In this document: piece after piece, positions 10,776 through 24,884 of the stretch
Position numbering within the stretch: position 1 is the first letter of the stretch
How the letters are laid out: every line of letters starts with the position of its first letter
Notes under the pieces: generated by a model
Databases searched by the model: none
Seen by the model: only the letters and a program-made list of their open reading frames with translations
Told to the model about the DNA's origin: nothing
DNA from: the human T2T-CHM13v2.0 reference genome, Homo sapiens
Length of the DNA: 64,000 nt
Strand: one strand, 5' to 3'
NCBI RefSeq assembly: GCF_009914755.1
Contig: NC_060927.1
Made by a program: the position numbers and the translations under genes

Positions 10776-12094
10776 TAAAGGTGCCGTGGAGACATTTTCA
10801 CATAAGCAGAAGTTGAGAGAATTCAGAATTCATCTTTAGTGGACCCGCATTACCGGACATTTTCACAAAGCAAAAGGTGAGAGAATTTGTCACCAGCAGA
10901 ATTAAGCTGTAAGAAGTACTCAGGGAAGTTCTTCCACCTGAAGAAAATGAAATTAGGACGGTGGAATGGAGTAAATAGCATTGGAAATGATACATATGTC
11001 CTTCGTTGCTGTTGTTTCTGCATTAAAGATGGAGCAGCACTCTTTCCAACTCTCTACATCCCCAGTGGGTGCTGCAAGTAAGGGCAATAGCATGGACTAA
11101 AACTAAAAGTATGGCAAAAGATAACCCATGCCAAAAGTAAACATAAGAAAGCTGGCCTGGCTATATTAATATCAGACAAAGTGGATTGTCAGACCAAGAT
11201 CATTACCAGAGGTAAAGAGGATACTTTCAGAATAATAAAAGGCCCAATTTATCAGTAAGGCATAAAACTCTTAAATGTGTAGGCATCAAATAAAAGAACT
11301 TCATAATTCCTGAAGTAAAAATCTGGCATAACTTTAGGAAAATACATATAAATCTAGAATTTCAGTTAGATGTTCTAGAAATCTCTCAGTAATTTTGTCT
11401 GCTCATTGACAGAATAAGCAGACAAAAAATTGAGGAAGACTATATATACAGAATATCTGAACATCACCAACTGCCTGAACCTAATCACTATTGACAGAAC
11501 ACTGTACCTGATAATTGCAGAGTGCACATTCCTTCCAGTACTCATGGACTATTCACCTAGATCATATTCCGGACCTTAATAGGAATCTCAATCAATTTGA
11601 AAAGACTAAAATCTTACAGAGTATGTTCCCTGACCGCAGTATAACTGAATTAGGAATCAATAACAAAATGATCTCAAGGAAACTTTCATATATTTGGAAA
11701 TTAACAACACACTTCCAAATAACCCATAGATCAAAGAAGTACTTATAAGAGAAGTCAGAAAATATTTTGAACTAAATGATAATAAAAGCACAAAATATCA
11801 ATATTTGTGAGATGTAGCTAAAACCATTCTTAGAAGAAAATTTGTAGAAGAAAACACTAACAAAGGAAGAAAAATAGTCACTTTCTGGTGCTCAATAAAT
11901 TATTAGTTTTTAATCATTATTAATAGTATCATATACATAGCAAACTTAGTTTAGACAAATTTACAAAACGTGTGTGTCAGGGTAATGTTACCTATGGCAT
12001 TCATTATCAACAATTACCTCTTAAATTTGGCAAGGAATTTCATTAACATAGATTCCATTTCCTAGTGAAAGAGAAGAGCAAAGCATCTGCAGCT

Positions 12095-12230
12095 TAAAGA
12101 CCTGGTTCCATCTTCTTCTTCTGCCATTTACTACTGTTCTGACTTTCTCTCTCTTGGTGGCAACTTTCTCAACTGTAGTGGAAAAAATGATATCTGCCTA
12201 ATCTATGTCACAAAGTCACTCTAGAAAATA
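12095..12230 (+). mobile_element. MIR fragment
   Basis: agacctggttcc...ctgccatttactactgttctgacttt...tttctcaactgta. Confidence 0.5.
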
Positions 12231-12504
12231 GAATGCCATATGAAAACGGACTTAGTGCCAAAAACAGTTAAGGCAATTATTCTTACTCATGAAGGAAGCT
12301 AGAGAGTGTTCCTGCTTCTTTTATATATTGCTTGTTTCACTGACGCTATCATTCTCTCTGATTTTTATATGTGGCCTTGAACTCAACAAAGGTTTATATT
12401 AAAGATCTTCTATGTAAATAATTGCAAAATTAGACCAGAAGAGAAACTAATGGGCAACTATGGCGTTAGAAGCTTGAACCACTTTCACAGCCTGCAACAC
12501 CTGT

Positions 12505-12990
12505 TGAGTCACGTTCATGCTCCTAGGTGTAACATTCAGGGTCTCCATCACCTGGTTTCTCTCTGTTCTCCGGCCTCATTTTAACCTACTTAGCTCTAAA
12601 ACTTTTAGACTGTTTCATGCCTTTGAATATTTAATCATGCAGTACCCACTGCCTTGAATGTTTTGCAAACTTTTTTTTTTTTAACTTGAAAAACCTGCTA
12701 TGATTCCCTCTAGTTCTAGTTCCAGGCATCATCTTCCCCAGGAAGCTTTTCCCTAATCTCCTTAGGAGTTAAGGGCCCCTTCCTTCTACCCCCACAGAAT
12801 CCTGCACAAAATACTGTCTTATAACCCCTGATATTGTGTTGTATTTTCTGTGTAGGAGTCTGTCTCATCACCCAGACTCTTGAGTTACACAAGGGAAGGA
12901 CATGTTTTATTCATTTTTGTAGATTTAGTACAAAAGAGTACATTATAATAGGGTGCCTAGTGCATATTAAGAAATCAATAAATATCCATT
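12505..12990 (+). mobile_element. L2 LINE 3' region
   Basis: catcttccccaggaagcttttccctaatctcc...gtctgtctcatcacccagactcttgagttacacaagggaaggacatg...gtgcctagtgcatattaagaaatcaataaata. Confidence 0.7.
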
Positions 12991-14031
12991 ACTTTCTTTA
13001 AAAAAAAATGAATTGCTTACACTTATAAATCTATTGAAAGTATCATGGCAAGAAGCAAAGCTCTTAAAAACCATAAAGAAATTATGAATTTTTCAGGGTT
13101 TTTGGAATGTGGTTGCCACTTAACATTCAAACTATTAATAAAATACTAATGTGGGTATAAACTGAAAACTCAGGTGTGTTTTTCTTTAAATAAATTTGGT
13201 GCAAGGAAATCTGTGATTATGTTGTTAAAATTGAGAATTAGAAAGCGGTTCTTCATTTAATGAAGAAGACTTTCTTTATACAAAATAAGCCATAAGATTA
13301 AATGGTGAACTGCTTGTGGACATTAAATTGACTAAAAAAGAGGTTTAAATTCCCATACAAGGAATACGTGATATGCACTAACTTATGTATATCTATATCT
13401 TAATAGAATGTGTTGGGCACGTCTACAAGATTTTCCTTAAAATGTAGAAGAAGCCTAGAGTATAATATTTAAGAAAGATTACATATTATTCCAGTTAAAA
13501 CTTTCAAATTAGGATTGATTGCCAAGACTACTTCAACTCATGTGGGGAAATTGGAGGAGTGTTTTGACGGGGGAAAAGACAAAACAGAAAATGCCAGAGC
13601 CCAAAATAAGTTCCCCAGAGAAGCTGGGAGTCTTTGCCTTGATTGGATACAGACTGGGAACTTTCTCATTGCTTTGGAATTTGGGCTAACGTCCAAAACT
13701 GAGGGTAACCTGTGACAATTGCATTGCACATTCTGAAGAAAGGTACTTAGACATGTTCCCCACAGGATGTGTTAAGGTGTTGGCCAATCATCAAATATTG
13801 TCACTCCAAAGAACACATTTAACAGCCGGGAAGAAAATTGTAGGAAAAGAGAGCACTTTGGCACGGAAGGGTAAGCTGCTATGTGACTTCGTCTTGATCC
13901 AAGAGAGGAAATTGAGAGAAAACCCTCTGGAGCAAAGGTGGTGAGGACAGAGAGGCTCACTAGTGGGGAATACTGCCATCTTACAGAGTTCGAGAAATTT
14001 CCTCAGAGAGTTTGAAGGGTGCCCTCTAGAG

Positions 14032-14298
14032 CAGGACTTTGCAAACTTTCTGTGATAAAGGACCAACCTGTTTCAATTTCCAGTCCATCATGGAGTGACA
14101 GGTTTATAGATTTACTAGAACTGAATTTTTAGAAAAATGAAATGGAAACAATGTTCAGAGGTTACATACTCTGTATTGTAACATCAAATTGCTATAAAAA
14201 TTTCTGAACAGTACTCTTAATTCCTGCACTTATTTTGTCATGAACTGGTAACAGACTGTTAAGAATCAACATGAGTGCTGAGACCTCAGAATAAGTAC
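14032..14298. mobile_element. hAT-Charlie DNA transposon fossil (MER119/Charlie7-like)
   Basis: ttgctataaaaatttctgaacagtactcttaattcctgcacttattttgtcatgaactggtaacagac resembles the Charlie-family sub-terminal sequence; preceded by CTCTAGAG. Confidence 0.5.
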
Positions 14299-14304
14299 CT
14301 CTAT

Positions 14305-14439
14305 CCTACATCAGAACTTCACCCAGAGATCTGGTTAAAATGACAATTCTGAGCACTACTGCCAGTCCAAGCTCTCTGCTACTAAGAGGCTCCTGGGCGA
14401 TGCCAGTGCTCTGGTCGGGGGCATTCTTTGTGTCCAAGG
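14305..14439. mobile_element. MER5-like hAT fossil
   Basis: atcagaacttcacccagagatctggttaaaatg...ctcctgggcgatgccagtgctctggtcggggg; followed by CTCTAGAG. Confidence 0.5.
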
Positions 14440-14447
14440 CTCTAGAG

Positions 14448-14629
14448 AAGTGCAGGCCGATAGAAATATGATGTGAGCCACACATGTAATTTATTTTTTA
14501 GTAGCCTATTTAAAAAACAGGGAAAGGAAATGGGTGATTAATTTTACTAATACATTTTATTTAAGCCAATATATCCAAAATATTATCACGTGGTTGATAT
14601 AAAAATTAGTGATGAGACATCTTGCTCTG

Positions 14630-14662
<33 letters not shown>

Positions 14663-14760
14663 TTTAATACTAAAGCTTTGAGATCTCAATTTGGACTGGC
14701 ACATTTCAAGTGTTCAATGGACACATGTGGTTAATGGCTTCAGTGTTTAGCCAGGCAGTG
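14448..14760. mobile_element. MER33 (hAT-Charlie) DNA transposon fossil
   Basis: gatagaaatatgatgtgagccacacatgtaat...ttttatttaagccaatatatccaaaatattatca...tctcaatttggactggcacatttcaagtgttcaatggacacatgtgg. Confidence 0.85.
14628..14662 (+). repeat. (TG)n microsatellite inside MER33
   Basis: About 17 TG units with one CG interruption. Confidence 0.95.
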
Positions 14761-15764
14761 CTTGAATGTGGGCAGCACAGGGCCTGGTGCCTGACTCTGC
14801 AGGAGAAATCACAGGTATGAGGTGGCTGAAGATGCGCAGCATGACAGAGTGAGGCCAAAAGGCAGCAGTGCTTGAAGTTTGAGAACATGATGGGGGAGGA
14901 TGTGTTCATTTTCCTGCAGGACAAGTAGCACTGTGCAAGTTAGTGCAAGTTATTTGAAGGGCCTCCCACCATTTCACAGCAAGAGGGGTGCATGCTGGAA
15001 TGAAGGAATCCCAAGCACCTTCTGGTACAGGAGTCAAGGTTCTTACAAAAGATTAACGAGAGAGTGTTTTGAATGCATCAGGAAATGTTAAATGTATGAG
15101 TCCCTGAAAGGGTCTCCAAAGAATTAACAGAGGTACTTCATGAAAAAGACTTCTTGGAACATCTGTCCTACACAGGGCATTTGACAACAAAGAAAGACAC
15201 AAATGCACTTGAGCTGGGGAGGAAAAACATTGATTTCAAGAATAAATTGAAGTTTTGGTATCTGATTGGGTTAGAGTTTTTTGATTCCTGAAAATAAGTT
15301 CTATAGTACTTGAAAGTAAACAGAAAGTCGTGGATCTGCCCAAGAGGTCGTTGAGGGGAGAAGAAAACTCTGACGGTAGTTTTGAGAAAGGTTGTGGAGA
15401 GAGACTGAATTTTTTTTTGTCCAATTTGATTTATTAAATCGACCATCATCTGTGTGAGCTCGTGTTGCAAAAATGACAACACAGATCATTTAAATGCTTT
15501 GTCGTTCACATCTCTACTCGGCAGCCTGACGCTGACAACACTGCCAGGCACATGAAGCAATCCCTCCAAGATACATTTCAGATATTAATGTTTTGGTATT
15601 GTTAAATCATATTATTTTTATTTCTATAAATTTATCTTGTTCCCCATGTTAATGGCAGAAAGTTTCAAGTTAAAATCAAGGGTAAACACATTGGCTTAGG
15701 ACTCTGTCTTCTTCTGAAAGGCCTAAGCCAGGAAGGTGGATACAATTGAAGGAAGCCAAGAGAA

Positions 15765-16635
<871 letters not shown>

Positions 16636-16850
16636 TATCCTATGTAGGTTTCTAATCCAAGTAAAAGCATGCTTCCAATGGATAGAGATCTACCACATAC
16701 TCTATGACAAACGTCTAAGCCAAACCAGGTTGTCCATGTGAACACAAACCTATTACTGAAACTGCTTCCTGGATAATATCACATTAAATTAAAACTTGGA
16801 TCATGAAAAGGCTTTTGCAAAGACACAGTATTTCAGTGGAGGGACTTCGT

Positions 16851-16881
16851 AAAACAAACAAACAAACAAACAAACAAAAAC
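16851..16881 (+). repeat. (AAAC)n microsatellite
   Basis: aaaacaaacaaacaaacaaacaaacaaaaac. Confidence 0.9.
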
Positions 16882-18270
16882 CACAAAGTTCTCCCAGATA
16901 CTCAACTGAGTTAATCTTGCATTGGATGTCCACATTTAATGTGTCACATTGGAGTCTTAAAGTACCTTCTGCTAGTTGTGTCAGAATTTTGCTTCAGAGT
17001 AGGATATAAAAAGAAAAAATATCTTCTTATAAATGTGATTGTTTTTCTGCCTTTGTTATAAATGAAAAGTTATGAACGTTTCAAGATGTACTTTCTTTTT
17101 AAGCAGTTAACTGTCAGTTTACTGTAGCTGGGCCCTGAGACAGAGATAAAGTCTTTATAAAACCTAAAACAATTTTAGAAGATTATTCAAACTTGTGGGT
17201 TTTTACACATATTTTTCCAGCATTAATTTGTTTCTATTTTTCTTGGAGCCGTAATGTATGGTTCTTGCTTTTCCAGTACACTACCTGAGTATAACAGTAT
17301 GGTTAGAAGTTTCATTCTAACAGATCTGTTATTCTACATGGTGATAGCAATGGTTAATGCCAGACTAGTCTCCATACAAATAGTACTTGAGGAAAATTTT
17401 CTCTTCTTTCATTGGTAGTTTATATTAATATTCTTCACCTTGAATGCCAAATTTAGAAAAAAAGAGAAACCTCAGAAGAAAGACACTGTTTTCTCCCTTT
17501 TCTTAGGATACATATTTTGCTCCATAGTTTTTCTTGGTCAAATGGTTTTCTTTTAAGTTCTCTTCTCCATCTTTCTTTCTTGTTTACTCCAGGAATGCAA
17601 ACTTGATCTTGACTTTAAGGTCAAAGCATTTTCAGAATGTGCAGTCAGCAGAGAATTGAAAAAAAAAATCAATGTGAAACATATTAGAGAAGAATAAGGG
17701 GAAGAGTGATGCAGAAGTGCTGGGAAGTCATGCAGGGATTGGAAACCACAAAGATTCTACAGAAAGTAAGAACGTCCTGCACCGAGATGTTTATGATTCC
17801 TTTTGCTTTTACTTCCCTTTTCTTACATAGGGGTAGGTGAAAATTATGGTAATTTGAGGTCTGGACCACTTTCAAAGCATTTTCAGGGGATGAAAATGAC
17901 TTTTGACCTCTAAAAATGAGACATGTTTCTTTTTTTTTTTTTCCTGAAACCCTTTTTTCTTTTCCTGTTTTGTTCATGGTAGGGGAGATGACTATATTCC
18001 ATACCTGTTATGCACACAAACTTAGAAGGGTTTATTGCAGCTCCATGGCTGAAAATAGCAATGAAAATTGTGAGACCTTTTATGTCAGCATTGGAAATAA
18101 ACTTAATTTTAAATGAGAACACCTTTGATTTTATAAAGAGACTTATCCAGTGTAAAAGCTGGAAAGTTAAATAGAATCATAGTGGAAATGTTGATTCTAA
18201 AATTCTAGTATCTAGCCACAGACCTTGAAAAGAAGAAAGAAAGCTAGAAAGATGAAAGAAAGAAAGAAGA

Positions 18271-18728
<458 letters not shown>

Positions 18729-20421
18729 TTACTGATCTAGAGAATGATCAGAGAAAATTTTAACTTTTATATATGTATACATATTCTGTATGTATATGTA
18801 AATGTGAAAAGACAAACAGGTTCTTAATCATCTTTCCATATGGCTGATTTAAAGTAATTATAAAGCCAAAACATTACTGAGTTATCTGGAAAATATGAAA
18901 TGTTCTCTCAAACATTAACTATATTAATATTAATATAATCAAAGATTAATATTAACTATATGGCAAATTTTCTAAAAATCTAACTAATCTAAACATTTGC
19001 ACTGGGGATAGACAGAACTGTCTTATTACAGATTTCTAGACATATATATTATAGATGATTATGTTTAGAATAAAGCATTTGTTAGGTAACATTCTTTCAC
19101 TGTTTGTTACTTTTGCACTGACCTCACATACTTAAATTTTATAACAGCACAACAAGAATGTGCTGAGAACAGAGCTTGGCATAAGCTCATTGATAACCGT
19201 GAGTGTGAATTACTGGCAGAAATAGATATTGATGATTTAGTCCGTATCACAGTGGAAAGGGAGGAAAATTGAAAAGCTTTTTTTTCACTCTTTAGAAACA
19301 TTTGAAATCATTCCTTGGAAAAGAAAAATCTATATTAGGGGCTGAGTAGGGGAAGATACAGGTTGAGTCATTAATTTGATCAGTACAGTAAGTTCAAAGA
19401 TTGTTTCCACTACAACATCTCATCTGAAATTTTACAGATTCCCTTAAAGGGGGCCAAAAAAAAAAAAAAAAAGATAGTGATTTCTAAGCTGAATCAAATA
19501 TGTGCACTTTACTTCATGGAAAATCAGTAGGGAAACAAGAAAGATTCTCTCTGCTAACATCGATTTTCCTTATATTTATTTTTTCAGTCGGAACACTCTA
19601 GGCAAAAATTCACTTGGCTTCAACTAATTTGCAAATGCCATCATTCACTGCTGTTTTGCTACCCATTTCTCAAATCTCAATTAAATGTGATGACAGTTTA
19701 CTTGCCAGAAACACACAGAAAGGTTCTTTTCCAACCAGAGGTCTTCACTCATTTCCTGCTTGTGGACTTGGCAAGTGGGGTCAAAACATCCATTACTGAG
19801 GCTGAATCTTAATTTAGAAGGTTATCACCAGAGTCAGCAAAATAATTATAAAAATACTTTCCAAATGCAAACTGCAATAGACATGCACAGTAACAGCTGA
19901 AAACAATATATACATCATAAAGCCTGTTTACAATGGAATTTTAAAAGGGTGAATGTTTGGTTTGTACTTGTTGAAAGCTTGTATAACTCACTCCTAGGAT
20001 GGACCCGAAACTGTCTTCTCTCTGCAACTATTCTTTACATTAAAACCAAAAATAACAACAAAAAATTACGCTACAAGTCTTGATGTTCTGGCTCAGACAC
20101 CAAATTCCCTATAAAACTAAAAGTGAAGGGTGAGGTGAGACAAAATTTTGGCTTAAAGAAACACCAGTTGAGAAATGAAAGAAAGTACTGCTCACTTTTC
20201 CCTTATTTCTTCTATGTAAATAAGTTTCCTCATACAATTTATATAGTATTGCTTTAAATATATGGGATCTTTAGAAATCATAGAATGTTAAAAATATCAA
20301 TATGTGTAAATGGGTACTCACTTCACATAATAGGTACTCAATAAATATTAGCTACAAAAGATAAAAACAAACTATAAGACATCTTTGTAGAGACAATTTG
20401 CTCAACCTTCTTCTCTCTCCC

Positions 20422-20719
<298 letters not shown>

Positions 20720-20820
20720 AACCCTCCTATTTATAGCTGAAGAACTGAGGGCTAAGTGGTTGAAAGACTTGCACAGCTCCTACACTGGCCTGCTGAAAGC
20801 CAGGGCTGCAACGCATTTCT
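20720..20820 (-). mobile_element. MIR fragment (host of the AluSp)
   Basis: tatttatagctgaagaactgagggctaagtggttgaaagacttgcacagc. Confidence 0.5.
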
Positions 20821-20854
20821 TCTCACAGGTTCAGAGACTCCTGTACCTCATCAC

Positions 20855-21015
20855 TGTTACAGAACCTCTCTGGGCCTCAGTTCATCATTTGATAACAAGA
20901 GTAACTCAACCTGCCCAGGGGTTATCCATCAAAGGCAATCGAGGTTGCAAGAATTCCTTTAAAATTTTAATTTACAGTATAGCACCTTGCAGGTAGCAGG
21001 CACTCCATAAATCTC
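20855..21015 (+). mobile_element. MIR fragment
   Basis: aacctctctgggcctcagttcatcatttgataa. Confidence 0.5.
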
Positions 21016-22114
21016 TGAGGAATGGAATTTGCTGAAGAACAGTGGCAAAGGCTAGCTCTGATTCATTCCCCAAAGCTCATGGTGCTTGTCCAAACTGTTT
21101 AATCAGGCTTATGCAACCAACTCCTCTGACCTTTATTACGGGGTGGGTGCAATCACATGCGCTGTGGGAGGAGGGGCAGGTGGCCTCGGCCTGATCAGGG
21201 AGCACTAGAATGGGGACAACATTTTCTATTGTTCAGAAACTAAAAGGACTCTGCTTGACCCCAGTGTAAGCCTTTCACTGCAGTAGTTGGGAGCCAAGCT
21301 TTCTCTTCCAACCTATCTGTCCTGGCGATCTTCATTTTCTCTGTTTTTTTCCTAAGACAGAAATATCAGCTAGAAGGCATTTCCCTCACTGGATTCATCC
21401 AGCCCTGATGTGAGAGTGCTGGGGGCAGACTGAGATCATGTGTGATGCCTGTCAGGCTGCCTGCCAGGCCATGTATATTGTTTTGGTGGACTGGCTTCTG
21501 CAGGAACATAGAGAAGACATGGGAATAGATTCTGAAAAGGGGGGTGGGGGACAGGAAAAAATGCCAAAAGCCCACTTAATACTGAAAAGTCTTACACTTC
21601 CAAGTCCTTGTTACTGCTGGCCAGAGAATGGGTTGTTGCCCTGTGTTTTTTTTTTTTTTTTTTTTTTTCCCCAGGAAAGCTGCCACGGCTTTTCTTTATT
21701 CAATAAGTACATGACTGCATTTGGTGAATTGTGTTTACACGTTCTGGTGAAATGAGATTTTAAAAAGAAAATGAATCAGGGAGTGTTTTTAAAGAGCACA
21801 GAGTGAGGAGAGGAGGTGGGGAGCGCTGCTGCCAGTCCTGTTCTGTTCTCTGCCTTTTGTCATCCTTCCCCCTCTGTATCTCTCTCCTCCATCTTCTCCT
21901 CCAAGGAATCACTATGCTCCTGGCAGGACATCCCTGGCGTCTGTCAGGGGAGAGAAGGAGGAGGAGAAATAGGAGAAGGAGAAGAGAAGAAAAAACAAAA
22001 GAGAAGAAAAGAACATCACAATTGACGTTGGAGAGTGATCTGTGCTAGGAGGAGTTCATCTCTGCACTTCCCCATTGGAATGACAGTCTCAACTTTACCC
22101 CAACTAGCCCCCCA

Positions 22115-22270
22115 CCTTACATGAGCTGTAGGATCGACGTCGAATCTCTTGGCCTCTCTGAGCCTCAGTTTCCTCAGCTATTAGATGAGGATAATACCTG
22201 TACTGTTTTTGCCAGAGTGGTTGTAAGAAAGAAATGAGAAGCTTACGAAACCATAAAGCATGATGCCAGT
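22115..22270 (+). mobile_element. MIR fragment
   Basis: cctctctgagcctcagtttcctcagctattagatgaggataatacc. Confidence 0.7.
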
Positions 22271-22310
22271 CAAAAACATATAGTGATTTATATCTTAAAA
22301 AGATTTATTA

Positions 22311-22906
<596 letters not shown>

Positions 22907-24292
22907 TAAAAATATACAGTAATTTATAATTTTATTTCTATTTTCTCTTACAGGATAATTTATAAATTGAGTGTGTTTAGATTTCCCCAGCATATGGGCT
23001 CAGGTGATTTCACATTTAGAGTTAAACCTGAATTTTGCAGTCGATAAAAGAACATTTTGTTGGCTGTAAGCTCAGCTCATTCACACAGGCATGTCTATCC
23101 CTGCAAAGTTCATCCCTGATGCTTCTGTGGGCCCCAAGTGGTAACTTTATGTGCCTTCACAGATCCAGTTGAGGGCTCCCCTCACCAGTGCCCTTGCTGC
23201 TTCCCCAGCCTCCACCTTGCTGAAGAGCAGACCTGACCTCGCAGCTGAGCTTCAAAGCGCTCAGTGCTCACGGCTCACAAGCTGGCAGTCCTTTGGGAAG
23301 TGAGAAGGGAAGGGCTTCCTGGCTGTGCAGTTACACCCGGTTAAGTGGACCCCTCGGTGGTACTGGGGAGCACGGCGTAGCTCATGCCTACGACACTCGT
23401 GGGGCAGGGGCACTGAGGCAGCACCAGGACCAGCTGGTGTTCCTGACCCCTCTTGCTCCTCCTGCTCAGCCTTATGGTTGAGACTGGCTTGTCAGGCCTA
23501 CCTCCGTCCTCTCTAGAACACTTTCTCACAGAGATTTAGCCAAATTCTCTTGGCACCTTGGTTGCTTTCTCTCCATGCCATTCCCAGTCCCCTATTCGTT
23601 CCCGCATAGATCTAATCCCCAACTGGGAATACATCTTGCAATTTTTTAGAAGATTCCTCATCTACCATGTAAATCACCAGATGAATAGAAACACCATAAT
23701 GGACAGCAGTTTCTTCTAAAGCCAAAGCCAGGTATTCCTGGATTTCCGTTCCAGGCTGGTTGGGACTGTCTCCCCTCACCTCATTCACACTTTTTATGGT
23801 GAAATCTCCTGTGAATGGCATCATAATTGGCCCTTTACAGTCAAACAGAAGAACAGAAATCTTTTAAGTAATCTCCCAGATAATTGTCTTTTATTTTTCC
23901 AATACCTATTATACCTGGGAGTCACTATATATTTAAGGTGATGGAGATTTAAAATAGGGAATATGAGAAAGCTTAATATCCTTTTATGTCACTGAAGAAA
24001 TAACAAAAGTTAAATCTCTAGTTGATGAATTATGAAGTAGCTGGTTCCTTATGAAACAGGATTCATAGGATTTAAAATAAATTTTTGTAGTTGGCAGAAC
24101 TTTTATTTTTATGTGTCTCCTAGCATATGACTTCAGCAACACATAAACCCTTCTTTCCATTTTTCTTAAAATTCTAAGTAGTTCATTCACTTTATCATGT
24201 CTGTATTGTTCAATGTTAGCCCTATATAAGATGGTAAGTACAGTCTTTATCCATTATAAACTTAAAGTCTATAGCCATAGAGTAATTTATGA

Positions 24293-24395
24293 AACCAGTC
24301 ACTCGTCCAGCATATATTTATTGAGTGTTTATTATGTGCCGGATGCTGGAGTGACAAAAAAATGAACAAGATGTAGATCCGGCCTTCAAGTGTAG
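24293..24395 (-). mobile_element. L2 3' end fragment
   Basis: catatatttattgagtgtttattatgtgccggatgctgg...atgaacaaga. Confidence 0.65.
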
Positions 24396-24884
24396 CTGGT
24401 GATTTTCCACAAAACCCTCTATTATTGTATCTTAACATCCAGGAGTCAGCCAGGAGTTACACTGATCATAAATCGATAACCTCATTTCAAAGCTCAAACA
24501 CAGAGATGGCAAATAAAGCCCTGGGCAGCACTGACTGAAGCAACAGATGACTCATTAATAGCAGGAGGCAATGAATAACTTTGCCACTGAGAGTGAAAGA
24601 AAATTCCCCCTTTGCACAATGCCTTTCACTTAAATAGCATTTGGATTTCTTAAAATCCACAAAGTTTATATTAGAGCGTCATCCATTAATGCTTTGGCTA
24701 GGAGGGGTAAGTGCTGGGAAATGTCATCTTAAGAACAGTGGGATTTGTGGGGGCAATTGTCTTTTACTTGCAGCGGCATAACTGATCATCTGTTCACCAT
24801 TTACCTCTTATTACTTGCAGTAGTTCTTGAACAATGCTGGGAGCTAATATTTCAATGTTAAGGACTCGGAAGAGACAGCATAGT

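Larger units (their letters stand above)
9495..11870 (+). mobile_element. Old L1M (L1ME-type) 5' UTR, ORF1 and ORF2-endonuclease remnant, interrupted by MLT1 and L1MA insertions
   Basis: ORF1-like accacacctaggcataacatattcaagctcctggaaaccaaagttaaagagaaaa; ORF2 EN-like ggctatattaatatcagacaaagtgga; ORF 11515-11748 (KILQSMFPDRSITELGINNK) resembles ORF2p. Confidence 0.8.

Noticed and set aside
14019-14032. CTCF-like motif GTGCCCTCTAGAGC (similar GTGCCCTCTGGGAG near 36012)
   Set aside because: Mismatches in the important terminal TGG positions; the first overlaps a hAT target site
13515-14066. Cluster of short ORFs in unique-looking DNA
   Set aside because: No recognisable protein, no consistent strand and no convincing flanking splice sites
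23417-23437. REST/RE1-like GGCAGCACCAGGACCAGC
   Set aside because: Left half matches but the GGACAG right half is disrupted at critical bases
23612-23824. 70-aa minus-strand ORF with protein-like composition
   Set aside because: No family recognised, length expected by chance, no supporting exon structure
24231-24239. Isolated strong splice signals (ATG|GTAAGT at 24234; acceptor-like tracts near 7940, 17592, 19587 and 49711)
   Set aside because: No well-matched partner site at exon-like distance; such single sites are frequent in AT-rich DNA
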